A DNA stretch of 64,000 nucleotides. Source: Neoconidiobolus thromboides FSU 785 (lineage: Eukaryota; Fungi; Entomophthoromycota). Shown here piece by piece: positions 35,791-47,584 of the stretch. The notes under the pieces are model-generated. The model searched no databases. It had not been told where the DNA came from and worked only from the letters and a program-made list of their open reading frames with translations. The stretch spans positions 1 to 64,000 of the forward strand of contig MU626374.1 in NCBI GenBank assembly GCA_025603075.1. Reading direction: 5' to 3'. Both the position numbers and the translations under genes were made by a program. Each line of letters opens with the position of its first letter. Within the stretch, counting starts at the first letter, position 1.

Positions 35791-36609
35791 TCATAAATCA
35801 AACTCAGTATCTAAATCCAATAATGGCTGGGATACTTCTGTGTTCATCAATGGGGATAGACTACCATTGTAGTCTCCATCATTTACTTCAACATTTGTAT
35901 AATTCTCATAATTACTCATGCTTGGTAAAATTAACGAATCTGCAAATAATAATTTTTTTTCATATATATTGGCACTAGCTGAATTTTCCTCTTTAATTAA
36001 ATGATTTATACTATCAAATGTACTAACATGTTCATTTTTCATTGATTCAAAGTAATTACGGTACCGCCTATTTTCCATTTCCAATAATTTTTTAAACTCT
36101 AAATTTGAATAATCTAAAATTGAATTGTTATAGCTATCCTCCCTAGTCATCATATCATAGCCTTCATTTGCTGCATGTTTACTGTTTATTATATTTTGAG
36201 TAGCTCCCGCTTTATCAATAGAGTCAAAACAAATATTTTCATTCAAAGTGCCTTGATTTTTATTGTTAATCTTTTGATTACTCATGACATTACTATCCAT
36301 AGCCTCTGTCCTTTCATATTGGCTTGAAGAGTAACATGCATCATTTTCTATGCTATTATTTGTATACGAATAAGCATGGTTGAACTGAACATGGATAAAA
36401 TTCCCACTCCTTGATCTTTCTACATTCTTTTTAGTCTTTGCTTCTAATTTTGATTTCTTTGCTATTTTGTTGAAAGCTTTAGACATTTGAATACATTCCT
36501 TTATACCCTTGTCTTTAATGAAATGAAGTTTACAGGGTCCATTAACTCTTCTCATTTGAATCATATTTATACTACTATTTATTTCAATAATTCTTACTTT
36601 AAACTCCAT
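35791..36609 (-). CDS. Hypothetical protein (orphan); 5' end uncertain
   Basis: About 272-codon ORF from ATG 36609 (the track starts at TTG 36612); contains LLEMENRRYRNYFESMK. I could not build convincing upstream exons. Confidence 0.55.
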   Translation of the reverse strand: MEFKVRIIEINSSINMIQMRRVNGPCKLHFIKDKGIKECIQMSKAFNKIAKKSKLEAKTKKNVERSRSGNFIHVQFNHAYSYTNNSIENDACYSSSQYERTEAMDSNVMSNQKINNKNQGTLNENICFDSIDKAGATQNIINSKHAANEGYDMMTREDSYNNSILDYSNLEFKKLLEMENRRYRNYFESMKNEHVSTFDSINHLIKEENSASANIYEKKLLFADSLILPSMSNYENYTNVEVNDGDYNGSLSPLMNTEVSQPLLDLDTEFDL

Positions 36610-37385
36610 CAATTTATTTCCTTTTTATACAAATTCAAATTTCCTTGCCATAAAACTCATCTTCTCTAATTACCAAAAATAGATTTGAAAATTCATTGAT
36701 CTGAAAGTTCTTTTAGACTTTAAGCACATTTGGCTGCTGAGCTACGGCGAAACTTAGATAGACATATATAGCTATATTTTATTCTCGAGATGAGATTCTT
36801 TGCTTAAGTACTCTAAAGCTATGATCTGCTGGTTTATTACCGCATTGATTGATGCCATAATGTACACGGGACCCCTATACTGTGCTGACCTGTATGTAGT
36901 AGTTTACTTGTATATGCCTGTCTGTTTCTTTATTTAGGAACTAGTTTATTAACCTAATTTATCCACCAAGCTTGGTTAACCTTGGATTAAAATTTAATAT
37001 TAGTAGCATTAACGGGTATTTAATTTAAAATGAGTTAAATTACTTATTTAATAGTACCAATAAAAACAAATTAGCTTTATAATGATGAACAAATTATAAG
37101 GAGTAGCTATTTTATGTAGAGTTGATAAACTTTATTTAAGATGTAAAACTATTTAACTATTAGCAATTAAGTAATAAATTTTATTCATACACAATTGATT
37201 ATTTTTAGTTATTATGCCTAAAAGAGCGCAATTAATCATTGTAGCAACTACACTTTGCTTTATAAACCATAATAAATTATTTTGAAACACCTAAAATGTA
37301 TAACTTTGATTAAATACATGAATTATTCTATAGAGTAAACCTTCAAAGTATAATACTTGTTTATAGTTTTATAATTTTAAAATAT

Positions 37386-37482
37386 GGGGATGTATTTTTG
37401 CGTTCAAGAATTTTACTAATAATTTTTCCACTCAAATAGCGCTTAAAAAGTGGAAAAAGTAATGAAGCCAAAAAACATCCCC
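37386..37482 (-). mobile_element. MITE family A, copy 6 (97 bp)
   Basis: GGGGATGTATTTTTG...CAAAAAACATCCCC, near-perfect TIRs; flanks ATAT/ATAT. Confidence 0.93.
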
Positions 37483-37994
37483 ATATGGCTCGTTCAGAAT
37501 TTACAGTAGTTATTTAAGTTATAACTCTTATTATAAAACTTTCTTTAAATAGAGAAACTGTTCTTCATTCATTTATTAGCTCTTAAAACAACTTAGTATT
37601 ATACTGTTTTAAAAAATATTATTTAATTTATTATACATTTCCTTATATAATTTGATTATAGTAATGAATTACAGAGGTATCTACAAAAATAACCACATAG
37701 TCAATTAAAAAGTTTTTAATATATATATATACATTCTCAATTAAGCTTATTAAAACAAATTTGTTTTAAAAGTGGAAGTTTTACATCAAAAAAATCGTAA
37801 AAAAATAGTTTGAAACAGATTAAATATTTTTTAAAATCAAATAAATTATAGCTTATTTTATAATATTCACTTCTTCAAAATTGCTAAACAAAGTTTATTT
37901 AGTTTTTGTTTATTTGTACCAAATGTCTGTTTAGCTCTTATAAGTTTTTAAATTTACTTTGACTTATACTTAATCATTCCTTTATTACATTTGT

Positions 37995-38045
37995 AAAATT
38001 AAAATTAAGATTAAAATTAAAAATTAAAAATTAAAAATTAAAAAC
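37995..38045. repeat. (TTAAAAA)n-like simple repeat
   Basis: taaaattaaaattaagattaaaattaaaaattaaaaattaaaattaaaaa read directly. Confidence 0.65.
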
Positions 38046-38934
38046 AAATAAGCTAAATACTATTTTCCACTCAAACATAAAATATATATTTTAATAAATG
38101 TATTGATATTATGAAATTTTCAATTGTATTTAAAAAAAGGTATTTATAATCTGCACTTAATTCAACGAAGGTAAATCAATAAACAATTTAATATATCATT
38201 TACATTTTAGTGCATATTTAAGCAATTTATTTATTTGTTTAGCATTATTATTAAATCCTATAGTGTTAGAAAATTAAGGTAAAAAAATTAAAGTTACAAC
38301 TTCTTTATTGTTTTTATACATTATGTAGCTAGTGCAGATAAAGCCTTAACTAAAAGGGTTAAAAAATATGATGTTAAAATGGTGAAACTAAAATAAGACA
38401 GCTCTTTACCTAGTTTTAAAATAGTGTACCATCTATAATATGAACTTCCATACTATGTTTATCTCTTATCTATCTGGGTATATATAACGTTAGTGATTTA
38501 GTTCATCTCTTATAAACTCTTAATAGGAAGTTATTTAAGCAAAAAATAAACCTAGTCTGTTAAGTATCTTATTTTTGACGGTAAAGTTTTAAACCCCTTT
38601 CTAAATAACTTACTTTTATTTGCTCATCTATTATTATAATAATTTATTAAATTAACAGGGCCTAAGAACTTCTTAACGATTACTATTTATAAAGCACTGT
38701 AAGGTTTAATAAACTCTTGTAAAGTGTATTAATTAGCATAAACATTAACAGTCTTGAACTACAAATAAAATATATATATAACATTAAACTCATCTTGTGT
38801 GTTTTCGATAATATAATTAAAAAAATGAAATATTTAATGATAAATTAAATCTAGTAACAATGTATTATATAATCTCATCAAAATAAGGCATAAATCAACA
38901 TGATAAGATAATAATTTAGTACTTTTATAAATAA

Positions 38935-39511
38935 TCAATGAATATTTCTAACTGCCTTCGAGGCCAATAGATTTTCGATGTAATGGTTCAAAACACTTAG
39001 TTCCTTTTCTTTGTTTGTAAAACTCTCTTTAACCTGCCTTAAATCATTTAGCTTCCCTATTTAATTTTAATTTAATTTCTACTGTATTTTACTATTATTA
39101 AATTACTTCTTAATACTTCTTGATTAGCTGTTATCTTCCTACATTATTGTCAACAATTTAATTTAAGCTTATATTATTCTCTTACTTTATAAGTACTTCT
39201 TTTTCCTCAGATAAATTAGGTGGTATTGGAGAACCGTTTAATGGTGAAAAAAAGCTTGAGTTAAAACCATCCATTAATTTGCCTTGCTCCCTACAGGAAT
39301 CACAAATAAACTGTAAATATGTTCACTTTAATTAAATGAAGCTAATTTACCTCCAAAACGGCTGGTATAAACTTGAAGTGCTCTGTAACTCCTCTTGCAT
39401 AAAGTTAAGCTCACTATTAGTACTATTTCTTTTTGAGCTTCTACTTGTAAATACATCTATGTCTTCTGTATCATCGCCAAAATTTATTAATAGTTCTTCT
39501 ATGGGTTCCAT
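38935..39511 (-). CDS. SCOC: Short coiled-coil protein, SCOC/Slo1 (DUF2205)-like; 4 exons, not in ORF track
   Basis: Exons 39511-39351, 39290-39186, 39138-39107 and 39056-38935, joined by three GT-AG introns (60, 47, 50 nt), keep one frame. The C-terminus EEKEVLIKKITANQEVLRRKLNDLRQVKESFTNKEKELSVLNHYIENLLAS resembles the SCOC motif EEKARLINQV...NQVLGQYIENLMS. Confidence 0.8.
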
Positions 39512-40306
39512 GATTCTAATAATAATATAAAGTGGTTTTTGTTTAATTTTAGTCTCTTTTTTAAAAATGAAGATTTTGCATATTTTTCTAATCTGTTGAA
39601 TGTGTTGTGCAAGTTAATTTAATTTTAGTCTTTGTAGATTTAGTTTACAACTTGTCATATAAGATTTCTTCTAATATTGTTTTCAATTTTCTTTTTGAAA
39701 TGGCATTTTAAATTTAAATGTTAAAAGTTATATGATATTAACCTGTATTAGTTTATAACTATTTATTAAAACTACTACCTCCTTTTATCTATAACCTAAC
39801 TATAATAAACCCTTTTTTCTTTTTCTATAACCCCCTAAAGCTTGACTTTTAATATACAAAATTGATATTGTTGTACAGTAGTTTTAATAAATCAATTTGT
39901 TTATTTGGGTCTTAAGGAAATACAAATTCAACTTACTATAATACATGCTTACATATTCATGTTATGTCGCTATTAAACAAAGCTTTATATTAATTGTATA
40001 TTATAATGTTGAAATTACCTACGTCATTTGTGAGATAAGCTTAATTTTGATTTAAGTTATGTATAAAATATACAAATATATAAAGTAGAATAAATTTAAA
40101 TAAAATTTATTAAAATAAAAAATATGGAACAGAATAAGATCATAAAACTCCGATTATAAATCTGTAGTAACTATAGTTTAAAAAACAAGATGATCCATCT
40201 TACTAAACACTCAATTTAACTACTAATTTATATAATAAAGGAAGACAATTTATTAATATTATTTTTAAAAAAGATTTGTTAAATTAGTTCATTTTTGACT
40301 TGTAAA

Positions 40307-41410
40307 TTATTTTGATGGTGGTAATGGCAATGGCTTAACCTTTGGAGATGGTGATAAACCAGATGAGAGGCGAGTAGGTGGTGTTGGTAAATGCCTATGT
40401 GGAATTGGTGAGGCCCTGACATCTCTTGATGCCAATGGTGGTGTACTAAGTTGAGAATGTGTGTTTGAGCTGGATGGCATATCATCTATTTTGATTTCTG
40501 GAGCTTGATTATTTGGTGAACCGCCTAAAGTTACATCATTACTTGAAGGCGACTTAACAGATCCCTTTGGGGTAGTTATTAATTTATGATCTAATTCTAT
40601 TTGCTCTCTTTCTAAATAATAATTTTTATAATGCAAATATCCAACAATAAATAACAGAACAATAGATAATCCAAATAAAGTATACGAAGTTATATTAGCT
40701 GCTCTTGCTTTAACACTTCTTTCAACCTTTAAAAGCGCCAATGTCCCATCTAAAACTGCCATAATACCAATTTGTAATAAATTAAACGCTGTACAAGGTA
40801 TCACAATAATTTGAAAAGACTCGTTAAAAACAAAGCTCATACAGCCAATAATAATTCCTAAAGCAATAGCGCATAACAATAATACTATCTCAGAAGGCAC
40901 TATTTTATAAAATAAATTCATTGCTGAAAACCCACCTGCGAATCCTATCATTACTGGGCTATACTTTTTAAGACTTTTTACTGTTGTTAAAGATATGCCT
41001 GATATCAATGATATTAGTCCAGTGGTTCCTACTATACTCCAAAAAAAACTTGTCGCAAATGGTCCGGTTGATTTAACTAAAATATAGTATCCTTGAGACC
41101 CTATAGCAAACGTTATAGCACCTAAATGGAATTAATTTACTTAGTTTGATTTTAGGTTGGTTGAATTACCAAAGAAATAAGAAGTGGAAACAAACGTAAC
41201 TAAACTCCTTGCTCTTATATTAGTTATTGCAATAGTTAGTCCAAATATAGCTCCTAAACCTCCAAATACTATATAAATGATACATGCCCAAACTAGAGTA
41301 AAAAATGATTAGAAATTGAATTGCGTATAAAGTATATCAAGCTTTTGAACTATCTTTGCTCATTTTTACTTACATCCGATATTGGTATAATAAATATCAA
41401 AGTTTGCCAT
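40307..41410 (-). CDS. Multi-pass membrane protein, DUF4203-like, paralog 2, with Pro/Ser-rich cytoplasmic tail; 3 exons
   Basis: ATG at 41410; exon 2 WACIIYIVFGGLGAIFGLTIAITNIRARSLVTFVSTSYFF| intron |GAITFAIG continues into the 40307..41008 ORF; MIGFAGG aligns with LVGLAGG of paralog 3. Confidence 0.75.
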
Positions 41411-42680
41411 TGCTATTTTTACTTTGAAATAAACGAAAGGGTATAATAAGTATGGAATGAAGTGATAAAAAATTGATGTTGAAATTGTAATTTTAACTTG
41501 TAAAATTGATGCTATTGAATTTTATCTATTATTCCTAATTTTTTCAAATAAACATAAATTAATAGAAAAAATAAAAAGATAAAGGTATGAATGAATTATA
41601 AATTATTAAAAAAATTAAGTATTTTTTTTCTCGTTAAAAATTACCCTCAATTGGCTAATCTTTATTTGCTCAAAATAAACGAAGTTTTTATTTAACTGTT
41701 CGAGAAACCTTGCCAATAAGTTAAATTAATTAAGGTTTTCGAAGTTACGCAAGTACTTTATGCAACCAAATAGAGCTTTTATTAAAAACAAATAGTAATA
41801 CCAACATTAAAACTCTATTAAAGTGTTTTATTATTATCAGTAAATGGGAATATAGTTATTTATTCTAGCCTGCCACCTTTGATTTCTATTTTTAAATCAA
41901 AAATTGTATATAATTCTATTTTTAGATTCAAATGAAGCACAATAAGATAACTTTCTCATTGAAATTGAATATTATTGAAAACTTCCTACTTTTTTGAGAT
42001 GGTTAAAATTACTAAAACATAAAAATGGGTTAGTACTTTGTTATGATATTAAATTTCATTGCCTTTTCTTTCAAAAATGACATAATAAATTCCAAATTAA
42101 TGAGGTATTCGACTTTTATATTAAAATAGCAAAAACATAATTTAAAAAATGAGGATTTAACGTAAAACTTTAAAATATTAAAATAAAGCCACCTTTTGTT
42201 ATATAATAAGTCATTGTTAAAATAATAAAATGAAGTTAATAACCAGTAAATAATATGATTTTTTAAATATCATCAACAAATAATTTATTTTTTTGCTTTA
42301 ATTTTACTTTAACTGTTTTTTAACTGTAACTTGGGATAATTCCAAGTCATTAAATCATATGGGAAGATCTATCCAATGAGAGTGGATCATTAGATTTTAA
42401 AAAGTCATCCTTTTATAGTGTTCGTTTTGGAAGGAATTGAATTATATATTTTTTTTATCATACAGCATTTTCTATAAGCACAACTGTTGCAGCTCTTTTA
42501 TGAACTAGCTAGAGGTAGTTTGTATAATAAAACTGTTTTTTAAAGATTTAATCGATGGCTAATGCGAATATCGATGAATTTTGGTATATATTTTAAAGTA
42601 AAATGAACAGTCGACTATTTACAGAAGAACTGCAATAACCAAAAACAACGCTTATAAAAAATAACATGTGTGTATGATAT

Positions 42681-43033
42681 AAGTTAAGTTTATACCAAAA
42701 GATCTTGTCAAACAAAAATGCATCTTAACAAATAAAAAGATCTGCAGTTAAATATTGAGCAAAGATTCATCTAATCCTATTTTGCAACTGCATTGCGACT
42801 TAATTACTGACTTATTTGAGAGTAAAACTTTTATAAATCACGTTGAATTGTACATTAAACTTTTGGAAACTAAATCGACAAATATTTGACCTTGAAATTA
42901 TTGCAATTTTGATCGCACTTTGTTGCAAAACTGTAATAAAAATGATACCTCTCTTTGATATTTAGCTATAAATCTTTTTATTTACTAAAGATGTATTTTT
43001 ACTTGACAAGGCCTTTTGGCATAAACTTGACTC
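42681..43033. mobile_element. Foldback-type element, near-complete imperfect palindrome (353 bp)
   Basis: Left arm AAGTTAAGTTTATACCAAAAGATCTTGTCAAACAAAAATGCATC... matches the reverse complement of the right arm (GAGTCAAGTTTATGCCAAAAGGCCTTGTCAAGTAAAAATACATC...) for more than 120 bp, fading toward the centre; no TSD recognised. Confidence 0.75.
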
Positions 43034-43718
43034 AAAAATGAAAACAATTTTTTCAGAATTTAAATCAATTAAAAATGATCAAAATATTGGAACAAGAAAG
43101 GTATTTATATTGTAAATATATTTAGTAGTTATTTTTTGTTTAGTTTATAATAACAAAACCAATTCATTTTTAAACATAGGTTATCTTTATATCTTGTTTT
43201 ACTTATATATAAAACTTTGGAGTTTGTATCTTCATATACTAATAATTAAATATAGACATGGTAACTTTATATTGTACTATTAATCTAACTTAAACTTAGA
43301 TTAAAGCTTAGAACTTTGTATTTTCTGTGTATAAAATTAGAAAGGGCTGTCATAATTATATTCAGCTAATTCAAAAATAAAGATACTTAATCCTTATTTA
43401 ACCCCTTGGATACTAGATGTTCATTTTTTATTGTTTGGGTGGACCGTGATGTCAAATTTATTTTATTGGTTATATTAGCATATTTTTGAAATTTAGTACC
43501 TAAAGGGTTAGTTTAATTTGAATCTGTAAGCAATATTTCATCATTTTATTTTGATTTAAAACCATATGCGACCAATGTTCATAATTGAATTTTGAGTAGT
43601 AAAAATTTAACGAGCAATATTCGTCCACGGTACTCAAGTGGTTAAAGGATTTAAATAGAGATACGAAACTGATAGTAATAACTAAAATAGACAATAATAA
43701 AGCTGTAAATATTTTTTA

Positions 43719-45615
43719 TTAATGATAAGAATTTATTAGTTGTTTTGAATCTTTAGCAACTTCTTCCTAAACCTTGTATAGATTGGAAGCAGTTTCTGTA
43801 TTGTAAGTTTTATGATTTTTAGCTGGATTCCAGGCAAATTCTAAAGGACGAAGCTCCCTAAATCTAGAAGAGTAAAATTTTCTAACAGTGAAATGAAGAT
43901 TGCCCCTGGTTGGAAGTGGTTGTAGAGCAGCAGGGTCTTTATTTAATCCGGGATATTCTAAGTTATCTAAAAGACTGTTAAGATAATAAATGGTACCATC
44001 AACAAGGGAACCAATAATAGCATCTTTGTTTTAGAAATCACCAAAAGCATAGCTCTTAACATTGCAGAATCCCTGCATATCGTCATTTAATAAAGTACAG
44101 GTAGAATAGCAGATAGAGTTGGAAAATAAAGTAATGTTTTCTGTTTTAAGTGGTTATTTGTTATTAACTAATAATGGTTTTAGTGGCTTGACGCCACATT
44201 TTTTTTTGGAATTGAGGTGTATTTGACTTTTTCTGTTAGTATCACGATAATAGATCTTAATTTTAGCAAAGGCATTTTGTGAAGCAAATGGTTTTCCGTC
44301 AAGTTGATTATAGTCAATTGGATTTAGAAAAATACATTAGTATCATCTAGGGTAAGCTTAACAAGTAAAGGAGACCAGCGGATGTCAGTATTAAAAAACT
44401 AATAGAAGGATTTGGAAAGAAATAATATAGCACATTATAACACCAAAAAATGGTGCCACCACCATTATTACTTACATCTAGTATTAGTTCTTCGGCTTAT
44501 TGGCTTTTAAGTGCCTTTAAATTATTAATAATTTCATTATACTAATCAGATCCTTGTTCAACTGAAAAGGTAGAAATGTGAACAACATCTACATTATCGG
44601 TCAAAATGTAAGTTTTTACATAAGTACCATAGAGAATTACAATTAAAAGCAGGTCAATCGATCTAGAGTCTTTAAATTCAACTAAAGTTTTAATTGAGAT
44701 TTCCTTAACTTCTGGTACTTTTAATGGTTGAAACTTATTGTTACCTCCTCCAAGATTTATTCCTATGAGATCATCAAGATCAGTTGTTTCACAATTATTG
44801 TCATAAAAAGATTTGAAATTAGCAAAGGTTTTTTTTAATTTGGAGTAGCAATATAAGTTATAACTACTTCTTTCTCATTATTACCAACATGAGTCCTAAA
44901 TTTTAGAGTTTCTTTAACTAGCAGAATAGGAGTGAATTCAAAGCTACCATAGGTAACACCATGTTGATTATTACTTTGAATAGAATGTGGAGGAGTATGT
45001 TTCATATAAGAGTTAACATCTCTTGAACTACCAACATAATGCTTAGTATATTTTTTGGCAAATTCAAGTGGTTATTTGTCATCTGTAAATAATATTTCAG
45101 CAGCTTCCCAAGTATCAAGGAGCGTTTGTTCATATTTTAAATCTCGAGAGATCTTGACTTTCATTTGTGCCAATTTACCCTCTTCTGTGTATAATGTAAA
45201 GAGTTATCTGAAAGTAAAACTAGAGAAACAATCAGAAGTAGATATAATATGATCATCCTTTAAATTGTTAAAGAATTTAATAATAGCAACTTTGAAATCA
45301 TATTTAGCATCGTGTTTTTTATACAATATCTTTTTCAATACAGAATTGATATCAGTATTACTAAGCACTTTGGGATCAGGGGATATTTTAGCTATATTAA
45401 TAGAAGTATATAGGGGAAAGATCTCTTTTAAAATATTTGAAATATAATTACGCACTTTATCAGTTAGTTCAAAGTTACTATAACAGAGAAGGACATCTTT
45501 ATAACCAGTTATTGACTTGTTAACTACTTTGCCACAGTGATTAGCAATTTTAGTATTGCTTTGACCAATTGCTAAAGTAAAGAAGAAAGCTGTCAGTAGG
45601 GTAAAACTAAATCAT
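43719..45615 (-). pseudogene. Secreted S41-family (fungal CPAF-like) peptidase pseudogene
   Basis: Frameshift right after the ATG at 45615, then signal peptide FSFTLLTAFFFTLAIG. Across many stops and frameshifts: FNNLKDDH, CFSSFTFR*, VHISTF, LILDVSNNGGG, ITLFSNSICYSTC, VKSYAFG, LPTRGNLHFTVR, PLEFAWNPA, *EEVAK. Confidence 0.85.
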
Positions 45616-46847
45616 GTAGTATTAGATGAAGGGTTATTTTCTATCTGGATTGGTGACTTTTTGACTGTGTTTTAGCTTCTTTATATACTTATTTTACAAA
45701 AAGTTTGCCTACATCATTAATACATGATGGTTATTTTTATTTTTATTGTTTTCAAAGAAATAACTTTTAGTAATAATTTCTACTATGGCTATATTGATCT
45801 TCGTTCTACTATTCAATTTTTTTAGTATGCTTTTCATAAAGCATATATGTTTATCTTTGGCTCTGCAAAACCTTTACTATAAAACACTATTTGACTATAT
45901 TTTTTTGATTTCACCTCTTTTTCCATTTCTTAAAGGCTGTTTGAGTGGAAGAGTTGTTGATAAAATTCTTAGACACAAAAAATACATTCCCATTTATTAC
46001 AATTTTGTTCATGTATTTGGTGTTTATTTTATATATCATTATGTTGATGTTTGATAATATAATTAGTGATGTAAAGGCATTAGTAAATATTTGGAAAAAA
46101 GGTAATGTACAGTAAATTTCTTGTAATAATATACTAGTGACTAGCAATATTAGATTAAATTTAAAATCATAAAGTTTGTATAATATCTGGGAAAATTATA
46201 TTTATTTTGAGATTGCTATTTCTTTTAATTTAAATTCATTCATTCAAATTTTAGTATGATTGATTTTTAGTTCGCATGAAAAATTAGGTGACTATGCTAC
46301 TTAAATTGATTTATGAACTATTCCTAGGTTAGTATGAATATCCATTTGATATAAATTATTAAAGAAAACAGACAATAGTTTTGTGTTAATGCTAAAAATC
46401 AAGCTTTAAGCAGATTGCTATTTTTTTACTATTGAAATTTATATGAAAGAAATAGTTGAATCCCTGATTATAAATTTTGGAGCAAACATCAATCCTTACT
46501 TTAGTTTTGGTTGATTTAAGAATCAATAAAGGACAGAAAAAGCTATTATGTATTCAAAAGTCAGTCCAATTAAATACTAATAGTACTTATTCAATAAATG
46601 TATCATAATAATATAATATAGTTTTATATTCTTAAAGGATCTAGAGTATAATCCATATTTTTATAATGAAATAGAAACAAGGTTAAATTTTAAATCATTT
46701 TAATATAAAGTTTTTAGTTTCTAGCTTTTAGTTTTTTTAATCAACATTAGTTTTAAAGATTTATAATTTTATTTAATTTAAGTATTAAAATCGACTTAGT
46801 CTCAGAGTATGAAAATATTATATAGGATGGTTTTTATGACATAATAT

Positions 46848-46946
46848 GGAGATGTGTTTTTGTGTTCAAGAATCTTACTAATAATTTTTCCAATCAAATA
46901 GCGCTTAAAAAGTGGAAAAAGTAATGAAGTAAAAAAAAACGCCCCC
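46848..46946 (-). mobile_element. MITE family A, copy 7 (99 bp)
   Basis: GGAGATGTGTTTTTG...AAAAAAACGCCCCC; flanks ATAT/ATAT. Confidence 0.9.
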
Positions 46947-47017
46947 ATATACTAACTAATCTATTACCTTATAATAGTACTATTGGACAATTTTCTTACC
47001 ATATTTATTATAAATTT

Positions 47018-47115
47018 GGGAGTGTTTTTTCGACTTCATTATTTTTTCCATTTTTTAAGCGCTATTTGAGCGGAAAGTTTGTTAATAAAATTCTCAAATA
47101 CAAAGATACATCCCC
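47018..47115 (+). mobile_element. MITE family A, copy 8 (98 bp)
   Basis: GGGAGTGTTTTTT...AAGATACATCCCC; flanks ATTT/ATTT. Confidence 0.92.
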
Positions 47116-47486
47116 ATTTATTAGTTAGTTTTTATAATTAACTTGTTAGGCCACAAATACATATAGATATCTTAAATAAAAAGCTACATTTAATTAGCAG
47201 TATTAAATATTTCCAGCTAATTAAATTATGTTGCTAAAATTCCTAAATTCCACTAATTAAATACTAATAGCTATGATAAATACATTCAGCTTTTTTGTTT
47301 TGATAAGTTGATCACAATCATGCTTTTCAAAAACTAATGTCACTTTAAAAGTTAATTATAATTTTCTTTTTGATATGTGCTGTTGAGTTTTATTATAGAT
47401 TTTTCAAATTTAAATAAATTACTCTTGATTTTTGAACTGTTTTTGGTTTAAATGAGTAATTATATATATTATTAAAAGTATGATAT

Positions 47487-47584
47487 GGGGGTGTTTTTTT
47501 GGTTTCATTACTTTCTCTATCTTTCAAGCACCATTTGAGGGGGGAAATTGTTAATAAGATTTTTAAACACAAAAATACATCCCC
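47487..47584 (+). mobile_element. MITE family A, copy 9 (98 bp)
   Basis: GGGGGTGTTTTTT...AAAAATACATCCCC; flanks ATAT/AAAT. Confidence 0.9.

Noticed and set aside
36828-36843. GCTGGTTTATTACCGC resembling an antisense guide to the 18S GCGGTAATTCCAGC region (C/D snoRNA)
   Set aside because: Complementarity is interrupted and there is no properly placed C box or CTGA D box.
43719-45615. Alternative genetic code or stop-codon readthrough making interrupted frames functional
   Set aside because: Conserved genes translate cleanly with the standard code and end at TAA, TAG or TGA; the interrupted regions also contain frameshifts.
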